A stretch of 46,029 nucleotides of DNA, filler included, from Streblomastix strix (taxonomy: Eukaryota), in the NCBI GenBank assembly GCA_008636045.1. It is 2 parts of 2 records of this genome, joined end to end, with 100 filler letters (N's around TTAATTAATTAA, not from the genome) between each part and the next. Parts side by side here need not be neighbours in the genome. Positions count along the whole stretch, not along the records: positions 23,080 to 46,029 come from SNRW01000304.1; 1 more part is not named here. One strand, given 5' to 3'. The position numbers and the translations under genes are program-made. This document shows, in pieces, positions 41,212 to 46,029 of this stretch (positions are counted from its first letter, which is position 1; the number at the start of each line of letters is the position of its first letter). The notes beneath the pieces are model-generated. The model was given only the letters and a program-made list of their open reading frames with translations, did no database searches and was not told where the DNA came from.

Positions 41212-42894
41212 ACCCGCTAATACTATAGGGATATAATTAAATAAAGTAATTGAGGCTAAGGGTATGTTAACTGATAACGAATATATGCGTGCTAGAACAA
41301 ACTTTAATGGTAGAAAGACCGCCTCATTAGCGTTAGCCGATGAAATAAAGTAGGCAACTTAACATTATAATAGTAATGAAGTAATTAAATTTTGGTTAAG
41401 ATTCTCAACAGCTTGTGGGCCGTTCTAATAGATAGCTATATGTAGAGATAACACTAAATTATGGGAAACATCTATCTACGCTAGAGAACAAGCTATAATA
41501 TGTTCTAATTCACTATCTGACCTCACCGTTAATAATTTCGTTACTGTTTCACCGCTAGAAAGTATAGTTTAGGGCAAGCGCCATTGTGGTGTGTTTATTG
41601 ATATCCCCTGTGTTAATATTGATTCCAAAGGTGAAAACTTCTATTACAAAATTCCTGATCCCATTACTTTTTCTGGGGTATTAGATCTCAATTAATTGAA
41701 CCCGATATTTAACGAATTTCCTGTACTGACTAGAAATTACGCTTCATTATATTTATAACTTTGGATGACTGACTTCCTATAAGATCTAAAAGTAGTTTGG
41801 TTAAATAAATCCCGATATATTTACGATCAACATTTAGCTTACACTATGATTCCGCCGGAAAAACTTGATATTATTTCCCTACTAGATGATAGTGGAGATA
41901 TTGCTTATAATTATTATTCTGTTCGATTGATTAATTGCAAAGATTTAGATTATGCTGCTACTGACCCCAAAATAGTATATAATAATTAGATAACGCTTTT
42001 TTCGAATATTTATCTATACATAATTTATGCTTCAACATGGGGAATGAAATGGCTATAATTGATATGATTAGAGCTTAGAAAGTAATTCATTTCTCAACCT
42101 AGGTACTAAAATCATAATCATCGAATTATCCTATGGCTCGATTTGAACCAAGCAGTGGGTAAATTTAGAGTATAAAGTCGTTCTCTAACATCAAAGCTAT
42201 GCTTATGACATTCGCTATGTAATAATATCCAACATGGTTCTTTCCTATGTTATTCCACAATATGGATTTAATAATTGATTAACGACACGCTGTCCCTTTC
42301 CCTTATGAAGCACATACTTAGGCGACTAATGGTTCGATGTTTCAATGTTTCGTTGATCAGGATTTAGTTTCTCCCTCTAGCGATTTGTATCATTCACTTA
42401 CTTTCGAGAACATTAATATTAATGATAAGAAGTATTGGTATGGTAAGAATGATGGCCCTGTACCCCTATAAGACAACATATTTTATAATACTACTTTATT
42501 TACTGGTTCTAAATCAGTTAAAACGTATTACCCGAATAAATATATGCTGGCATGGAAATTATCGACAGATGACTCGTTCATGAGGGGCTATAATAGTACT
42601 TGAATAGGTGCCAGGACTAATATCCAAACTATATTAAATACTTAATTGATAACAGGTATAGTGGATAATTACAAAATTGACGATGATAATATTATCCCTG
42701 AAAATCAAAATACATTAGCCGGATTTATGGGTACTAGAAGCTATCCAATGTGCTGGCAGACCGGATAAACTCCAAAGTTACACTTCCTTTGTGACGCTAT
42801 AATTAGAGTTATGTTTGACGACAACCCTGAACCATAAGTATTAAATTTAGAAGTTATTGGAGAGATTGGTGGTAGTACGATTACCGCAGGTTGA
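41180..42894 (+). pseudogene. Probable major capsid protein (double jelly-roll; Polinton-like), frameshift ~42010 and TGA at 42601
   Basis: Large beta-rich frame in the viral cluster (HCGVFIDIP...LNPIFNEFPVL...YLQLW...HFSTQVL...PTWFFP...FMRGYNS...LHFLCDAIIRV). A homologous fragment recurs at ~12 kb. The capsid call rests on context, size and recalled similarity, not on a search. First in-frame ATG is at 41264; the N-terminus may be truncated. Confidence 0.65.
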
Positions 42895-42956
42895 TCTCGC
42901 AGATAAAAAACAGATTGCACCGCTGAATTATTTTTCAAAATAGTTAGGAAATTAAT
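42891..42956 (+). repeat. Viral intergenic repeat, copy A, starting at the capsid stop codon
   Basis: TTGATCTCGCAGATAAAAAACAGATTGCACCGCTGAATTATTTTTCAAAATAGTTAGGAAATTAAT; 57/66 identical to inverted copy B. Confidence 0.9.
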
Positions 42957-42999
42957 CAAGGAACCAATTTTGGTTGGTTGATCGAGTGTCAAAATTTTG

Positions 43000-43319
43000 G
43001 CAGTCAAAAATAATTATATATAGTATTTATGAAGTGGTGACCAATTAAATTTCGCTTATTCTATTTAACTGATACATTCATCAAAGCACTAGCGATAATA
43101 ATCAGTGATTACCTTTATTCTCTTAGTATTATATTATTCTCGTTATTTTTCACTTATGTTATTAAGTTCTTCGAATATTTACTTATACTTATTTATCTAT
43201 TCAATTGTTAATACCCACGGATATTTATTCTATCTTGGGTCTCCACTATCGTAACTTAAATTTCCTATTACTTGACCTGAACATGAAAATAAATTATATG
43301 AACAACCTGATCCTGACAT
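43000..43319 (-). CDS. Small hypothetical protein between repeats A and B (stop unclear)
   Basis: MSGSGCSYNLFSCSGQVIGNLSYDSGDPRQNKYPWVLTIEQINKY...WSPLHKYY. In code 6 the frame runs on through repeat A without a nearby TGA. Confidence 0.4.
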
Positions 43320-43433
43320 TTATATAAGATAAAAATAGTTAGGGGAAAAATTAACCCCCTTGATAAACGTTTAAATTAATGTATGAATTGATGTATAAAT
43401 TATACCTGAATTAATGTTTAAATTAATGTTTAA

Positions 43434-43499
43434 ATTAATTTCTTAACTATTTTGAAAAAATAAACAGTGGTGCAATCTGCCTTTTTTCTGCGAGATCAA
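43434..43499 (-). repeat. Viral intergenic repeat, copy B, starting at the PolB stop codon
   Basis: Reverse complement TTGATCTCGCAGAAAAAAGGCAGATTGCACCACTGTTTATTTTTTCAAAATAGTTAAGAAATTAAT, followed by AATTCATACATTAATT-type units. Confidence 0.9.
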
Positions 43500-46029
43500 A
43501 CTTTACATATCTTACTTTCACAAGCATATTTTATAGCTGCTTCCCATATCGTTTTGAAGATTGAGTGCCAATTGATACCTAATTATTCCTCGATTAAATA
43601 AATAGCTGTTTCATTCATCATTTATTGTTGGCTAAAGATCTATATAATTTGTTGCCGATAGTTTGTGTATGAATGGCGCGGCTAATTAACTCTGGGGTAA
43701 TAGAATCATTTTAGTGTGTATGCCAGTTAAGCCATTCTTATTTAGGGATAATTTAGCCATATATCCATCTTTCTAACCTAGACGAGTATTTGTACACTTC
43801 ATTACTTTCCCATCAATCGTATCTAATATATTTTATTTAGTTATAACATTTTATTATTAATTAATTCCCATTAATTTAATTATTTCTTTCTTAGCGTTAA
43901 TATAATAATTTTTTGGGGATAGAGCTATCATTACATCGCCTTCTTTTTCAATCGCTATTCCTAATAACTTCTTTTATTCAATTAGATCGTCAGTTGTTGG
44001 AAAATAATACTTATAGTTCGTATCATAAAATTATCGATCAGTAATGATTTGGCTAAATCCCTAATTAATTGGTTCATTAAAGTTACCTGCAATTGCGAAG
44101 TACATTGAATCTGTATCTCATTCAATAAAATGAAACCTATTTTTATCTAAGCACTTATACATAAAATTATATATGAAATTGAGATACCAATATTTAGCGT
44201 TATCTAGGGTAAAATAAGCTTCCTATAATGGAGTTGTACACTTACATTTATCTGTATTAAGTTAGACAGCATAAAGATTATCGTTCAATTAACGTTCATT
44301 CATAAAGTTACCAGTTAGATGCGAAATAAATGTGTCCGCTTTCGATCTTAATTTTTACTAAATTTTTCAGTGTTCATCTCATCAGAACCATAACTAGCGT
44401 TCATAACTATTTTACAAAATTAATCCAACCCCTTATTATTTGATTTAATAGCTTATATTCTTTTAGTCATAAATGTGTTAACGAAAGTATTAAATTTATC
44501 GTGTTTGGTAAATAAAATAAGTTAGCTAATGTTGTCAATTACAAAGTCGCATGTATCAACCAAGAACCATAAATAATAAGAACTGAAGGACATAAATTAA
44601 TCGTGTGTGAATAATAATTAAGTTAATTTTCGTTCTTCTTTATCAACCTTTATATTAATATTTTTCATAAAGTTATAGGAATAACTTCCAATTGTTTACT
44701 CGTTAGTTTAGTATGATAAATTTCTAAGAATAGGTGGAAAGTTAATGTATAGATTAATATCAGATATATGTCCTTTAATTGTTGCGATAAATAATTGTCC
44801 TGCTAATGTATATCTAGTTGGGGAATTAATTATATTTAAACAACGTTATTTATTTTAATCAGTAACATTAATCACTTCTTTTACTGTTCCTGCCATAAAC
44901 ATTTTATGATTAGTGTATGAATTCATTGGGTGAAATTAGCTGCCCATTACACTCGGATATAAAGAGTAGAAATCTAATCCTATGATATTAGTGACAACAT
45001 TATCTGTTTCAATTACTTTCACTTTATCCTCGTATCCTAATTTTTTTATTTTAGTTTAATTAGCTATATTTATTCTGTTCATTACATTAGATAGGCCACC
45101 AGTTATTCCATCTCTATGAGTTAAGTACACTTATTAGTTATTAATTGTTGTAGGTAAATTATATTTTTAGCAATATTTTTTTAATTATATCAGTAGCTTC
45201 ATCTCTTGATCGTTCCTATTACATTTGACCTAGTTACAATATAAGCAACACTATCGAACATTATTCTTACTATGAGATAAGGAATTTTTTATTCGATCTA
45301 ATGTAGGCTTATTTTTAAACGTAAATTATGTTTAGCAAATATAACAAGGCTATCTAAATAATTTTTTGAAATAATCATAATCACTTTCATTCACATTATT
45401 GTCCACAGGTCGATGCGCTAATTTATCTTGGGAAATATATCCTTCTACTTTAGCTTTCCAATATTAAGATGTAAGATAGAACGGGGGATCAAAACTACTT
45501 ATTGAATAAACACCATCTAATTTAAATTCGTTATAAGCCATAGAATACTTGACCGCATTAGCGCATGATGCCGTCGAGATAAATTAGAACATATCTACTT
45601 TATATTCAAAGAACAGATTAATCAAATTTTTTATCGGTTCAATCACTAATTCTGTGTCTAGTATATTATAATGTTACAAATAATCCCACCTGTTATTGAA
45701 TTACTTATAATCCTAGAGATAAGTTTAGTATTCTTTATCTGTTATTGAACTATTTTTCAACGTGTTATTGAAATCGGATTATTTAAAGGGGGTCGATTAA
45801 GACAGCTATTCTTCATAATTATCCCCCATCAAATCATATGGAAATAAGCCCTTACTTTGCTGTTAACTTGAATAATTAATAACAAATTAGTTCAAGGTCA
45901 TTGGTGGTGCTACATATAGGAAAGCATCTAAAAATTTAAGTTTAACTGATAAATTATTGTGTGAAATAATTAACTACTTACAGAATTAAGAAGTACCCAA
46001 ATAACTAGTTATTTTCCATTAACTTGAGG
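43496..46029 (-). pseudogene. Protein-primed family B DNA polymerase (5'-partial, inactivated)
   Basis: Exonuclease-region KFLDAF, KGLFPYD, YNILD; GITGGLS; motif A IGLDFYSLYPS; motif B KIVMNASYG; motif C FIE*DTDS; then LSPKNY. Frameshift at ~44340 and TGA at 44118-44120. Confidence 0.93.

Larger units (their letters stand above)
34440..46029. mobile_element. Endogenous Polinton/Maverick-like dsDNA virus (partial; runs off right end)
   Basis: Intronless, tightly packed genes: pPolB, A32-like ATPase, probable major capsid, two fibre-like genes and a pVI-like peptide. No integrase, protease or TIR is seen in the window. The left boundary is uncertain. Confidence 0.9.

Noticed and set aside
36298..43499. 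Repeats as a CRISPR array
   Set aside because: Only four dispersed copies in opposing orientations with kb-scale spacing, and no cas genes.

Overview
Very AT-rich eukaryotic genomic DNA that reads in a non-standard code, with TAA/TAG = Gln and TGA as the only stop (translation table 6). The supplied standard-code ORF track therefore misses most real genes. The code, the short GT-AG introns and the gene families suggest an oxymonad such as Streblomastix (inference). The window is two contigs joined by an artificial N-spacer (22980-23079). Left contig: a polyQ membrane protein gene, a truncated TOP3B 3' fragment abutting a decayed DIRS-type tyrosine-recombinase retrotransposon, a small Polinton-like relic, several degraded host-family genes and the 3' part of an ABCC/MRP transporter. 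Right contig: a large beta-helix-like single-pass surface protein, DIRS remnants, and from ~34.4 kb to the window end an endogenous Polinton/Maverick-like DNA virus. The virus carries protein-primed PolB, an A32-like packaging ATPase, a probable major capsid protein, two modular phage-tail-fibre-like genes and an adenovirus-pVI-like amphipathic peptide. Its intergenic DNA holds a ~65-bp repeat arranged as two inverted pairs that bracket gene modules. All translations and alignments were done by eye.
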